Positions 28,748 to 38,524 of a stretch of DNA of 64,000 bases are shown in pieces. The position numbers were made by a program, and so were the translations under genes. Position 1 is the stretch's first letter. Each line of letters starts with the position of its first letter. The stretch lies in IMG/VR virus record IMGVR_UViG_3300028840_007197, positions 30,907 to 94,906 of that record, one strand, 5' to 3'. This DNA comes from a virus. The notes under the pieces are model-generated. The model was not told the DNA's origin. It searched no databases and saw only the letters and a program-made list of their open reading frames with translations.

Positions 28748-30468
28748 GAGCTTCCTCCAGTAAGGAGCGATACCAGGGTGCTGAACGCCTTACTGATTGC
28801 CTTTGACTGCTCAGCTATGGCCTTCTCATCAGTGTTTCCAAATGTGTCGAACCTTACCGCACCGTAGATAAAGACCAAGCCTCCCGTCATACCATTCTGA
28901 CCACTGAAACCGTCATCGGGTACTTTTGCCGATCGGACTCTCTGCATAAATCCGCTGATACCACCCTTTTCAGGAGGAACAACAAGAAAAGCTGCCGAAG
29001 GGCCCAGAATCATCTTCTGGACCTGTTCAACTATTGAAGTAAGCAAATCTATCATAAAGATATAGGTGTCTATCTTATCTTTTATACCCTTGATAAAGTC
29101 ACTGAAAGAGTCGCTATTGTTTTTCACCATACCCTTAAGCGTATCTAGAACCTTATTCATCTGCTCTATCAATAAGGGCATGAACGGAATGAGAAACTTC
29201 GTCTGGATAGATGACCACTGCCCGAGACCACCCCACCCAGCCGATATATACTCCTTATACCCCTTTGCATGCGTTACCACCGCCACCGAGTCCGGATCGA
29301 CACACTTTTTTTGAACGGTGACAGAAATCTCTCTAGAAGGAGGACCCCACAACCCTGGGAACCCGGACTCAACGGTATAATAGAATTGGTCGAACAGGGG
29401 TTCACCTGCTTCTAAGGGTATATCACGGTCCAGATATGATCCACTACCGTTTACTACATTGGCCTTTACGATGTGAGGCCCATTAAAGGTGGGGTCATCA
29501 TAGGCATAAACTGTCTTCGTAGGCCATGAACCTGCCGGACTTTTACCAGCTCTCTTATCTGAGAAATAAGTACTAAGCCGAGTTTTTATGGCACGAATAA
29601 ACCCATCCTTACCGCCAAGTTTGGTAGGTATATCATTTACTTCTTTTGGTATACCGCCCGGTACCACACTTCTGGATATACGATAGAATCCATTAGTGAA
29701 GGGTATTCCTGGGGCGTCCCATTTTAAATGTATCCCATAGCCATCCTCATCAGTATATACCGGATAACTTCTTATCGTTTTGGGTGGAGGAGGGCTAAGA
29801 TTTATAGGAACTAAATTAAGAATATCGAACAGGTTAGCCAGCTGGTTAAGTGTAGAGAAAAAGTCATCAGCACTTTCAGAATCTACCATTATAATAAGGC
29901 CCCCAACCTGTGCATCTCTACTGAAGCGGGGCCTATGATCATCAGCAGTGTTTCTAAGTGATACATCCAAGCGGCTTAAAAAGCCATCGAAACCTCCTGT
30001 CGATAGCTTCTGCCAGTTATTATTGTTTATCATGTTCTTATTCAGAGCTGGCGGGAATAACGGATTAAAGAAAATTCCCGCTCCAGCCAGGTCCTCAGAC
30101 CACTCATTCACTTCCTTCTGGACCCTGTCCAACAAAGACCCTATAAGGCTGGAAAAAGAATTGAATGAGCTCAAGAAAAACTCTAAAAAATTCAATATAG
30201 GAGTGAGGGCGTCAGTAACCTTTCCAAGAGTAGTTATAGCCTTATCAAACTTCTCTATGATATCTTCTGGGATCATTGAGGTATCGGGGCCGAAAACCTT
30301 CCATTTACCGGCATTAGCAGAGAGATTTTGTTGTGCTTCTTGAGCGGCCTCCTCTGACCTCTGGGCCTCTTCCTGTGCAGCCACAGCAGCAGCTTCGCCG
30401 GGAGGAGCGTAGGGTTCCGAAGACGAGACAGCAACGATTTTAGCTTTGATATCTATTGAATTAGACAT
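28744..30468 (-). CDS. Baseplate-cluster protein: duplicated helical domains flanking an FN3-like domain
   Basis: IHLKWDAP...FYRISRS...FYYTVES FN3-like pattern; GG..GF..R and GGL.. repeated near both ends. Confidence 0.65.
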   Translation of the reverse strand: MSNSIDIKAKIVAVSSSEPYAPPGEAAAVAAQEEAQRSEEAAQEAQQNLSANAGKWKVFGPDTSMIPEDIIEKFDKAITTLGKVTDALTPILNFLEFFLSSFNSFSSLIGSLLDRVQKEVNEWSEDLAGAGIFFNPLFPPALNKNMINNNNWQKLSTGGFDGFLSRLDVSLRNTADDHRPRFSRDAQVGGLIIMVDSESADDFFSTLNQLANLFDILNLVPINLSPPPPKTIRSYPVYTDEDGYGIHLKWDAPGIPFTNGFYRISRSVVPGGIPKEVNDIPTKLGGKDGFIRAIKTRLSTYFSDKRAGKSPAGSWPTKTVYAYDDPTFNGPHIVKANVVNGSGSYLDRDIPLEAGEPLFDQFYYTVESGFPGLWGPPSREISVTVQKKCVDPDSVAVVTHAKGYKEYISAGWGGLGQWSSIQTKFLIPFMPLLIEQMNKVLDTLKGMVKNNSDSFSDFIKGIKDKIDTYIFMIDLLTSIVEQVQKMILGPSAAFLVVPPEKGGISGFMQRVRSAKVPDDGFSGQNGMTGGLVFIYGAVRFDTFGNTDEKAIAEQSKAISKAFSTLVSLLTGGSS

Positions 30469-30691
30469 TTCGTATCTTCTTTGCTTCGATTACCTGCTTC
30501 TGGATATTCTTTATGTCTTTTCTTATAATCCCGGCAGTCAAAGACACCATACGCTCAAGATTCTTTATTACAGCCGGATTAGGACTGGCCCGTCTCCATT
30601 CAAGCTGAGTTACAACAGCCTCTTGTTTATCTTCAGATTTTCCTGTTTTAGGGCTATTTGCTTCTCTATCTGAGCCAGTCTCGCTTCGCAT
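30461..30691 (-). CDS. Small hypothetical protein (start uncertain)
   Basis: Fills the gap between the 1781-aa gene and 28744-30468; overlaps both. Confidence 0.5.
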   Translation of the reverse strand: MRSETGSDREANSPKTGKSEDKQEAVVTQLEWRRASPNPAVIKNLERMVSLTAGIIRKDIKNIQKQVIEAKKIRNV

Positions 30692-33600
30692 CCTATACTC
30701 CTGTTGAATCTGTTATCTGCCCAATTATACAGATTTCCGTCCGCTCCATCACTGGATCGTAGCAGTTCCTCAGATTTTATATGCTGTATAATCTGCTCGT
30801 CACGTGTCCCATCAAGATACAGATACCTGTCATTGACCTCAGAGCTCCTATCAGACACAAACGCAGTTCTGTCTGAAAGGATTTGGTCCGATATAGTCTG
30901 ATATGAGACATAATTAGACCGCAATCCAGGATAAACAGTAGCGTCAGGTACGATAGAACCAGATGCCAGCTTAAAGGAACATTTTGATGAATCATACAAG
31001 GAACTGCCGATAACTGCCAACTTCGGAACGGCATCTATGGCCGTCTTCATAGTACCTATAGTCGTGTAGGTACTATAGGGCAAATAAACGTTCTGTGTGG
31101 TGGTTCCATCATTATACTCTATGCTCAGTGCAGTCCCATCAATAGAATATTGATAGGTAAGGTTATATGGAGTAGAGTCCTGATATATTGAGAAATATGG
31201 CGTAGCGTCATTAAGATAAAACTGAATGATATTAGTCGAGCTATATTGGTCGGAAACAGAACCAAGCCACCCAGTCCATGACCCGTCAACAAGGGAGTTA
31301 TCGTCCTCGTTTCTAACTATTGGAGTCCTAAACGTTCCATCTACTGATGAAGTGTTCAATAACCTTGTATCATAACCGCCGTCATCCCTCATCTTGAAAG
31401 TGGTGAGCCCATTTATAGCCGTTATTCCGACTCCAGATGACGAAGGTACGCCGACTCCCGTGGAATCCACACCTCTGATATATTGAGTGTGACTCTCATA
31501 GTCGAGCACCCATTTTGTGGCATCTCCCTTACCCTGCCAGTTAGTCAGGATAGAATTACTGTAGGCAAGAGCAGTCTGTGTCTCTATACGATAGTCGGTT
31601 GCGTCACCATAAGCTATTAGGGTTTGGTTATAAGAAGGGAGTTCTGGTTCCTGAAGAATATCAGCCATGGCTGATATCTCGTCATCCAGCTTCTCAATCT
31701 CACCAGTCTGGTCTGCTGCCTGCTGTGTTATTTCATCATAAGCCAGATAAGCGTTGGTAATATTTGCAGGGCTGATTCTATTGAGCTTATTAGAGATACC
31801 GGCCGTTATGAGCGTAGATAGGTATCCGTACTCTAATCCAAGGTGATATCCCTCATCGATATCATAGTAGATTTCGGCACTTGAATCTGACCTATCAAGA
31901 TTTCCAATGGCACTATCTCCTGGGGTGAATCCGAGTTTTGTAACGGCACTCCCCGACCCAAGGATCATGGAATTATAGGTTTCATCTGTCCTGAGCACTA
32001 GAACGTCTTTAAACCCATATGATGCACTGCTGTCAAATGCCCATTCAGATGTTACATTCAAGCCCTCTATCTCTGAGGTGAGTATTCTTGCAATATCATC
32101 CCTGGTAAATCTGCTGACTCTAAACATCAGGTAAATAATCAGCGGTATAGGAGCTGGATCTTCGAAAGTATAAGACGAATAACTTCCGTCTATATAAATA
32201 TCGAATACGTCCCCGTCCTCAAGGTCAAAATTACCGCTTTTTGTCCCAACAATCTTAGCACCCATATGCCCGTCATCATCATACGGGGGGTACGACGAAG
32301 TTATAATGAATTCTTCTCCGGATGTTGGCGAGTCTGGGCCACCAAAAACTTGAGATAGAATAACCGTAGAATCGCTAACCACTGATGAAATCATATAATC
32401 ATCAGTACTGTCTGAAGGTCGAATATAATCACCTATAAGTAACTGTTGTGACCATATGGTACCACTGATGCCGGTTACGGTCTTATCTCCATTCTCGAAT
32501 ATGGCCGATCCGGGCCCCCTTGTCTGACCAGTCAGGGGAGTTATATGGTATGGCTCCAGATTAGTATAATCTGCATAGGGCCACATCCTATTAAAAGATT
32601 TAGTAGCCATGCTCTCGTCGTATTTTGAAAGCAGGCCATCATTATTGCATATTTTGACCCCCAGAGCAGCATATCTTTCATCCGCGAATGATTGAAGACG
32701 GTTATTGAAGAAATCAAAAATATTCTCAAAAATACGACACTCTATCTCGGTATCTTTCCTAGTATATTCATCATCTACGAGTCCGCCCTCTGAGTTACCT
32801 TGGGCGTCATCCCCCTGTATCTCTCCGCCCTGACCGACATTACCGGAATTTTGACGAGCCTCTTCAGCCATTCTGGGTTCAGTAACATTCTCAAGGAAAT
32901 ATCTCTGGCTCATTACCTGGAGATAGAACTGATCCAGATTATCGTATTCAAATGATGCGGAAATCTTCGATTTTGCCGGTAAATCTGTGAAATAACTTAC
33001 TGAGTATTCGACCTGTTGTTCAGGAATGAATCTACGACCCTGATAATTAAGGACATACCTCTGCCCCTCTACTAGACCGCTATCTAGAGTTATATATCCA
33101 GATGTTACTTCAAAAGATGTTGAGTCAGTCCCATCCAACTTGAGCTCGGGAGAGAGCCCCAGAATGACAGGGGACTCAGAACTTAAAGATGAACCTGATA
33201 ATGCAATGAATTTAGAACTCGACCAGGAACTTACAACTGCTTCAGCTGAAAAGCCCGGAAGACTCGAAACGGCGCTAGACATATCAGCAACAGTAGGATA
33301 GACCGAATAATAGAGCTGATAACTACTACTATCAGCATCAAGGGTTATTTTTGATGAATCGGCGTATACTACTACCTCTCCAGCATTTGAATATTGAAGT
33401 ATCAAACCGGGCTGTGCCGGGTCATCAACTATATACGATGAGGCACTTATGACTGTACCCCCCTCCGGATAAACGGGGCAATCTGATAGACCTATGCTAG
33501 ATAGTATCGAAGATGACGTGTAGTCCTTTAAGGACTCTGGCATTATTGATACATATGTCTTACTTGAGTCATAAGAGGAGCTTTGAACAGAATAGATATC

Positions 33601-35955
33601 TGCTTCTATCTTTAATAGTGACCCGGATCTGAATAGGTCAGATATATTACTTCCATCAAACACAACTTCATTAGAACCAGTCACGATTCCTGACGCGGAT
33701 AAACTAAGGACATTAAAACTTATGGATGAATCGCTGACCAGAATACCGGGATTCACGAGGTCTTCAATTATAGTTCCACCGAAAGTTACCTCAGTGTTCT
33801 CATTGGCATACGTAGAGGATTGAACAACAAAATAAAAGCTTTTCGTCGCGTTTGAGGGCGTAAGACTTACAACAGAGCCAGAAACGAAAGTAGAAGTACA
33901 ATCGATCCCAGAGATATAGAGTTTATCCGATCCCTGTGGCAGCGTTAAATTTATAGTAGATACAGGATAATATTCAGTGTTCTCACTCGCGAACTTATAA
34001 TCTATCAGAACTATATCTGTTTCTGAAAGACCTATGGCCTGATTCGTTGCGTTATTTTGGATTTTTATATAATTGGTCCCCTGATCGATCCCAGCCAGGT
34101 CATAATCTGCATTTCGGGTACTGTTATTTATTCTCAGAACCTCAAGGTCAGGAATAGAGAGAGTATAGTTAGAGATAGAGAATTCAAACCCTGATACATT
34201 AGTTATCCTAGCTCTAGACCCATATGATGTGCAATAAGATTGACCGTCATAACTAATGCCATTCCTCTGTTTAGATAGAGGCGTGTAACTAACCTCTATA
34301 CTCTCAGTACCGACCAGCGCCTCAGATAGTGTTATTATTCCAGTATGATAATCCACCCGATAATCGTCATATTCATCGAGTATGGCCCCACTCTTAACCA
34401 GGATTATCGAATCGTTCTTAACCGGATATTTTGATAACCTAAACGTTTGTAATGATGGAGAAACCGCGATCTCCTCAGTCACCGCAGCAGAATCTACGTA
34501 ATAATCAATTATATACTCCTCACCAGGACCGGGATGGTCCTTGCTCATCGGTTTCATCTTCCCAGTTGGAAGCACAAACCGAACATCATCGGTATCCCTC
34601 GGAGGTATGGAATATCTAAGGGCTTCTCCGCCTAAAGAAAAGGATATGCCGTAATCTATCAGAGAACTCTTATTAACGAGGACATATTTTACTATAGCCT
34701 CATCTGAGACAGGACTCGTTACGTTTGCAGTCCCCGTATCGCCGTCTACTACATAGTCGTAATAGGGTTGAAGAGCCGTACCATCGAGTGATATTACATC
34801 AGATCCGGGCATCACGCCAGGTATGTTATTACCCTGTGTATCGGTAAAAGTAATAAGTCCGGTTTCAGTATCAGAAATAGATGGAACCTGATTGCTTATA
34901 CGGCTCAGGAACATCAAATTAGCCACTTGTCTCAGTGACACCGGAGGCGGGGGTAAATAAACAGGGTCCTGATGATAACTTATCACATAATCCATGTTAC
35001 CATAAGGAAATCTGTCCTTTTTTATATCATTTATCCTCAGCTCGAATGAGCTTTCAGGATTCGGAACGACCGGTAAAGAGAACTGAGATAGGTCCCTTGG
35101 TGTCTCAAGAGACAGCACCTTATTAACGACAGCATTGCTGTCCATAATATCAGGGTCTGTGTCTTTGAGGGTAATAGTGAATTTTGCTTCGATACCGTCA
35201 GCGAGTGATGAAAATGTTGAAGTAGCTAAAATATTACTATCGGTTGTACTATCATCTACTTTCCAGAATCCGCCATCTTTTTCGTAAGAGAACAGGTCTT
35301 TAGTATATCGAACAGACATCCTATCGAGTTTTCTACGTTTTGCTATATATGTGCATGTCGTAGTATCACTGACATAAGGGGATGATAGTTCCAGATGCGT
35401 GTTATCATAGACCGTTTCTATTCTTAAATAACTCTGATAAGAATCTGACTTTATGAAATCACTGGTAGAGAGCTGACCTACCCAACTGGTCCCAACGCCA
35501 TAAACATCAGATGACCCTGATGTGAAAATAGCGGTACCATAAAACGTATTGTTTCCAACATCTGGTTCTACTAAATAATCTCTCGGTATGAGAGTGAGTT
35601 CTACTGTTTTAGTACCATCTATTCCGCTGTCTCGGTCTATATAAAAGCTATCAGCGCTTGCGAGTTCAGAAACAGTGAAAGCTGTCGTATCGTAGGTAAT
35701 TGTATCTGATACCTTCAACGATGATGCATCGAGGCCACTATAAGGGGCAGAAAAAGAAAAGTTTGTTACCAGGCTACTATCAGAGTCGAAGAATACAGTT
35801 GCATCCAGAAAATTACGCTCTGGTATATATGTCCCTTGAGCGTAGGCTGGACCTGTAGTGGATGCGTTGTTGATGCCGTATTTGAAACCCCTGATCTCAA
35901 AAGCCTCAAGGTCAACCGTATTAAGAGTCTTGATCGTCGAAAGTTCCATAGCCAT
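30610..35955 (-). CDS. Very large multi-domain virion structural protein (baseplate/fibre-associated)
   Basis: 1781 aa, S/T/D-rich beta-modules, two fibre-type G.A.F..G...V.G.GT.W domains; located after the spike. Confidence 0.75.
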   Translation of the reverse strand: MAMELSTIKTLNTVDLEAFEIRGFKYGINNASTTGPAYAQGTYIPERNFLDATVFFDSDSSLVTNFSFSAPYSGLDASSLKVSDTITYDTTAFTVSELASADSFYIDRDSGIDGTKTVELTLIPRDYLVEPDVGNNTFYGTAIFTSGSSDVYGVGTSWVGQLSTSDFIKSDSYQSYLRIETVYDNTHLELSSPYVSDTTTCTYIAKRRKLDRMSVRYTKDLFSYEKDGGFWKVDDSTTDSNILATSTFSSLADGIEAKFTITLKDTDPDIMDSNAVVNKVLSLETPRDLSQFSLPVVPNPESSFELRINDIKKDRFPYGNMDYVISYHQDPVYLPPPPVSLRQVANLMFLSRISNQVPSISDTETGLITFTDTQGNNIPGVMPGSDVISLDGTALQPYYDYVVDGDTGTANVTSPVSDEAIVKYVLVNKSSLIDYGISFSLGGEALRYSIPPRDTDDVRFVLPTGKMKPMSKDHPGPGEEYIIDYYVDSAAVTEEIAVSPSLQTFRLSKYPVKNDSIILVKSGAILDEYDDYRVDYHTGIITLSEALVGTESIEVSYTPLSKQRNGISYDGQSYCTSYGSRARITNVSGFEFSISNYTLSIPDLEVLRINNSTRNADYDLAGIDQGTNYIKIQNNATNQAIGLSETDIVLIDYKFASENTEYYPVSTINLTLPQGSDKLYISGIDCTSTFVSGSVVSLTPSNATKSFYFVVQSSTYANENTEVTFGGTIIEDLVNPGILVSDSSISFNVLSLSASGIVTGSNEVVFDGSNISDLFRSGSLLKIEADIYSVQSSSYDSSKTYVSIMPESLKDYTSSSILSSIGLSDCPVYPEGGTVISASSYIVDDPAQPGLILQYSNAGEVVVYADSSKITLDADSSSYQLYYSVYPTVADMSSAVSSLPGFSAEAVVSSWSSSKFIALSGSSLSSESPVILGLSPELKLDGTDSTSFEVTSGYITLDSGLVEGQRYVLNYQGRRFIPEQQVEYSVSYFTDLPAKSKISASFEYDNLDQFYLQVMSQRYFLENVTEPRMAEEARQNSGNVGQGGEIQGDDAQGNSEGGLVDDEYTRKDTEIECRIFENIFDFFNNRLQSFADERYAALGVKICNNDGLLSKYDESMATKSFNRMWPYADYTNLEPYHITPLTGQTRGPGSAIFENGDKTVTGISGTIWSQQLLIGDYIRPSDSTDDYMISSVVSDSTVILSQVFGGPDSPTSGEEFIITSSYPPYDDDGHMGAKIVGTKSGNFDLEDGDVFDIYIDGSYSSYTFEDPAPIPLIIYLMFRVSRFTRDDIARILTSEIEGLNVTSEWAFDSSASYGFKDVLVLRTDETYNSMILGSGSAVTKLGFTPGDSAIGNLDRSDSSAEIYYDIDEGYHLGLEYGYLSTLITAGISNKLNRISPANITNAYLAYDEITQQAADQTGEIEKLDDEISAMADILQEPELPSYNQTLIAYGDATDYRIETQTALAYSNSILTNWQGKGDATKWVLDYESHTQYIRGVDSTGVGVPSSSGVGITAINGLTTFKMRDDGGYDTRLLNTSSVDGTFRTPIVRNEDDNSLVDGSWTGWLGSVSDQYSSTNIIQFYLNDATPYFSIYQDSTPYNLTYQYSIDGTALSIEYNDGTTTQNVYLPYSTYTTIGTMKTAIDAVPKLAVIGSSLYDSSKCSFKLASGSIVPDATVYPGLRSNYVSYQTISDQILSDRTAFVSDRSSEVNDRYLYLDGTRDEQIIQHIKSEELLRSSDGADGNLYNWADNRFNRSIGCEARLAQIEKQIALKQENLKINKRLL

Positions 35956-35967
35956 GAGATGAGTACC

Positions 35968-36576
35968 TCAAATAAGCTTACCGTTTCCGGGTGCCGTGGG
36001 AATGGTAACGGGACCTACTGGAGGGCCCGCAGCGGCTCCTATGCAGGTCGTAGTTATCCTTCCCGATGTCATTATATGATTACATATTCCAGTAGCCATA
36101 GCAGAAGCAAGAGACTTGAGCTTTGTCCCACTTATGACTCTAGCTGATAACTGGGCCATTATTATAGCTTCAAGAGCCTTAGGAACAAGATTTAGTATTT
36201 TCCCATTTCCTGATCCGGGACCTGCGCCTATTACAACCCCCTGAGCTATCGCCGTTTTCAGGGCCTGAACCACGCCAAATGAAACAGAATTGAATAATTT
36301 TGAAAGGTCCCTCCCTGAGAGGCCTAAAGCGGAAGCTTTCAAAACCATCAGCTTACTCATGGTTGATGGGTTAAGTCCTGATATCCTCCCGGTAAATGTT
36401 CCGGAGCCGGGACCGAGAGCATTGTTTATAGACGTGATGAATGAAGCCGATAGGACATAAGACGCAACGGCGGACGATATTCCAGAAGTAAGAGAGTTTA
36501 GTTTCGTCCCACTCAGGGTGAGACTGGCTCCCTTAGCCATCATTAGCCCCGACATTGCCGTTGGAACTATAGGCAT
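35968..36576 (-). CDS. Putative spike-tip protein made of three tandem ~65-aa repeats
   Basis: Directly downstream of the spike (TGATG coupling); three repeats visible; only one Asp and one Glu in 202 aa. Confidence 0.55.
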   Translation of the reverse strand: MPIVPTAMSGLMMAKGASLTLSGTKLNSLTSGISSAVASYVLSASFITSINNALGPGSGTFTGRISGLNPSTMSKLMVLKASALGLSGRDLSKLFNSVSFGVVQALKTAIAQGVVIGAGPGSGNGKILNLVPKALEAIIMAQLSARVISGTKLKSLASAMATGICNHIMTSGRITTTCIGAAAGPPVGPVTIPTAPGNGKLI

Positions 36577-38522
36577 CAGGCACCTGCTTTAACCGTTATA
36601 CATCCCTTGAGAGGAGCACCTGTAACATAATCGTTATGCGACGGTGTTCCGGGAAGACCTGTAACTATACCGCCTCTCGGACCATTACCAATATCGACTT
36701 TAATAGCTTTCAATGAAGCTGATGCTGTGCCCTTAAGGTCTAGGGTTGTACCATTCACTTCCACGGACCCTGCACTCGTTTTTATAGTTATTTGACCGGC
36801 ACTGATCTTTAATTCATAGTTTCCTGCCGTTATAGATATCTTTTTATTACCGGCTGTAATGGTTTCCTCTATACTTCCACTGCCTTGAATAGATGTCTTT
36901 TTATTTCCAAAGACCTGTATGGTCTGAATAAGGTCACCTTTTGTTATCGTAAGTTCGTCATCTCCACTGATAGATGTTTTTCTTTTACCGAACTGGCACT
37001 GTTTTTCTTTGGTTACTTGTTCATTATAGATACCTAAGACGTTCACCGATTTATCTACGGAAATGACCTCACTAGCAGACCCGGCAATTGTTTCAGTTTT
37101 TATACCTGTGATGACGGCATTGTAACCCCCAGAAATTTCTATAAATTTAGTACCGCCGACGTATTCAAGGGTATCCCCAAACGACTTATCCTGTCTTGCA
37201 TATCCGTCATCATCTTCATCACCGGCCTCTATATATACTCCGCTATCCGTCCTTATATCGATGCTTCTATTTTTCTCAATATTGTTATGAGACCCGACAT
37301 CCCACCGCAGGCCACCTTTTAGAGTAAGGTCCCAGGAATTTCCATCGTCGGAAGATCGCCCCCAGATCTCTTTTTTATTCCCGTCTGCAAGAACAGACAT
37401 GGATCTACCGGCACCGAGGGGGTTATTAGTGGATGCCGGTAAATAGAGGTGATAATGCCCCTGTTTATCGAACCCCATGAAGGCACCGGATTTGAGGAAA
37501 TGAAGGGCATAGGCCAAACCTAGATTGCTTACTTCATCTACCCCTTTTAACTGGGAGCATTGAATAAGGTCAAAGCTACCGTCTTTATCTAACCTTGATG
37601 AAAACATTACTGGTCTTAATATTAGACCGTACCTGCTATCTGAATCATTTGCCCCGACATAGTTTCCCATTGCCATTGTAACAATGGGGTCTCTCGTTGA
37701 GGTTGATGTATAACCGGTAATATCATTTTCATCGATTACTCTATCACATATTTCATCTACATCTACACGATATTCACTATAAAATTTTGTGTCATATTCT
37801 ATGGGATTCCCAAAGGGTACTATAAAAATTGCATCCCTTCCCTCAGGAAAAGACATTTCTCTTCCATTGGTATTTTCGAGTCTCTTACCATCCTGGTCAA
37901 ATATAGAAAGCTGATTTCTTATAATAGGACCAGCACATACTGAGGCTCCATCCGCGAAAAGGAAGTTATTAAGGGAGTTTTGGATTATAGACTGGTCTGA
38001 ACTCCTCAAGAGGATATAATCCTGGGAATTATCTGTTATCTCTATATGCTTATTTACGAACAGCTGGCCACCGAGAGGTGAGGCCATTATCATGTCACCA
38101 GCTAGGAGAGGTCTGAATCTAAAGTTGAGTATATTATCATCTTCATTAGAGACAGAATCGGGGTCTATTTTTACGCTGTTGAATTCAAGACCGGCCGATA
38201 ATGATGCGGGCAGAAAAGCACATGCCAGGGGGGAACCTTTTCCATCACCTTCATCATAAAATGAAAAAATTCCGATAGCACCTTCCTCTGGGATCATTCC
38301 CAGGCACCCACCAGGACCGGCATATGCAAAGGATATAGGCATCCACGCGGGTGACCCTGAACCCTGAGTCCATTCTATTCTCATGCGATATCGGTCGTAG
38401 TCGAGCTCTAAAACTCTACCTATTCTGACATAGAAATACCTGTTGAACTTGTTAGGGCCATGATACTGGCTAAAGACATTATGAGGTTTTTCACCCCTGT
38501 TGTATATCCTTCCGGTATTCAT
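36576..38522 (-). CDS. Baseplate central spike (gp5/gpV/VgrG-like)
   Basis: N-terminal OB-fold pattern (IGRVLELDY...WMPI...MIPEEGA), C-terminal beta-helix repeats, apex GGIVTG...HNDYVTGAPLKGCITVKAG. Confidence 0.8.
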   Translation of the reverse strand: MNTGRIYNRGEKPHNVFSQYHGPNKFNRYFYVRIGRVLELDYDRYRMRIEWTQGSGSPAWMPISFAYAGPGGCLGMIPEEGAIGIFSFYDEGDGKGSPLACAFLPASLSAGLEFNSVKIDPDSVSNEDDNILNFRFRPLLAGDMIMASPLGGQLFVNKHIEITDNSQDYILLRSSDQSIIQNSLNNFLFADGASVCAGPIIRNQLSIFDQDGKRLENTNGREMSFPEGRDAIFIVPFGNPIEYDTKFYSEYRVDVDEICDRVIDENDITGYTSTSTRDPIVTMAMGNYVGANDSDSRYGLILRPVMFSSRLDKDGSFDLIQCSQLKGVDEVSNLGLAYALHFLKSGAFMGFDKQGHYHLYLPASTNNPLGAGRSMSVLADGNKKEIWGRSSDDGNSWDLTLKGGLRWDVGSHNNIEKNRSIDIRTDSGVYIEAGDEDDDGYARQDKSFGDTLEYVGGTKFIEISGGYNAVITGIKTETIAGSASEVISVDKSVNVLGIYNEQVTKEKQCQFGKRKTSISGDDELTITKGDLIQTIQVFGNKKTSIQGSGSIEETITAGNKKISITAGNYELKISAGQITIKTSAGSVEVNGTTLDLKGTASASLKAIKVDIGNGPRGGIVTGLPGTPSHNDYVTGAPLKGCITVKAGA

Positions 38523-38524
38523 GA

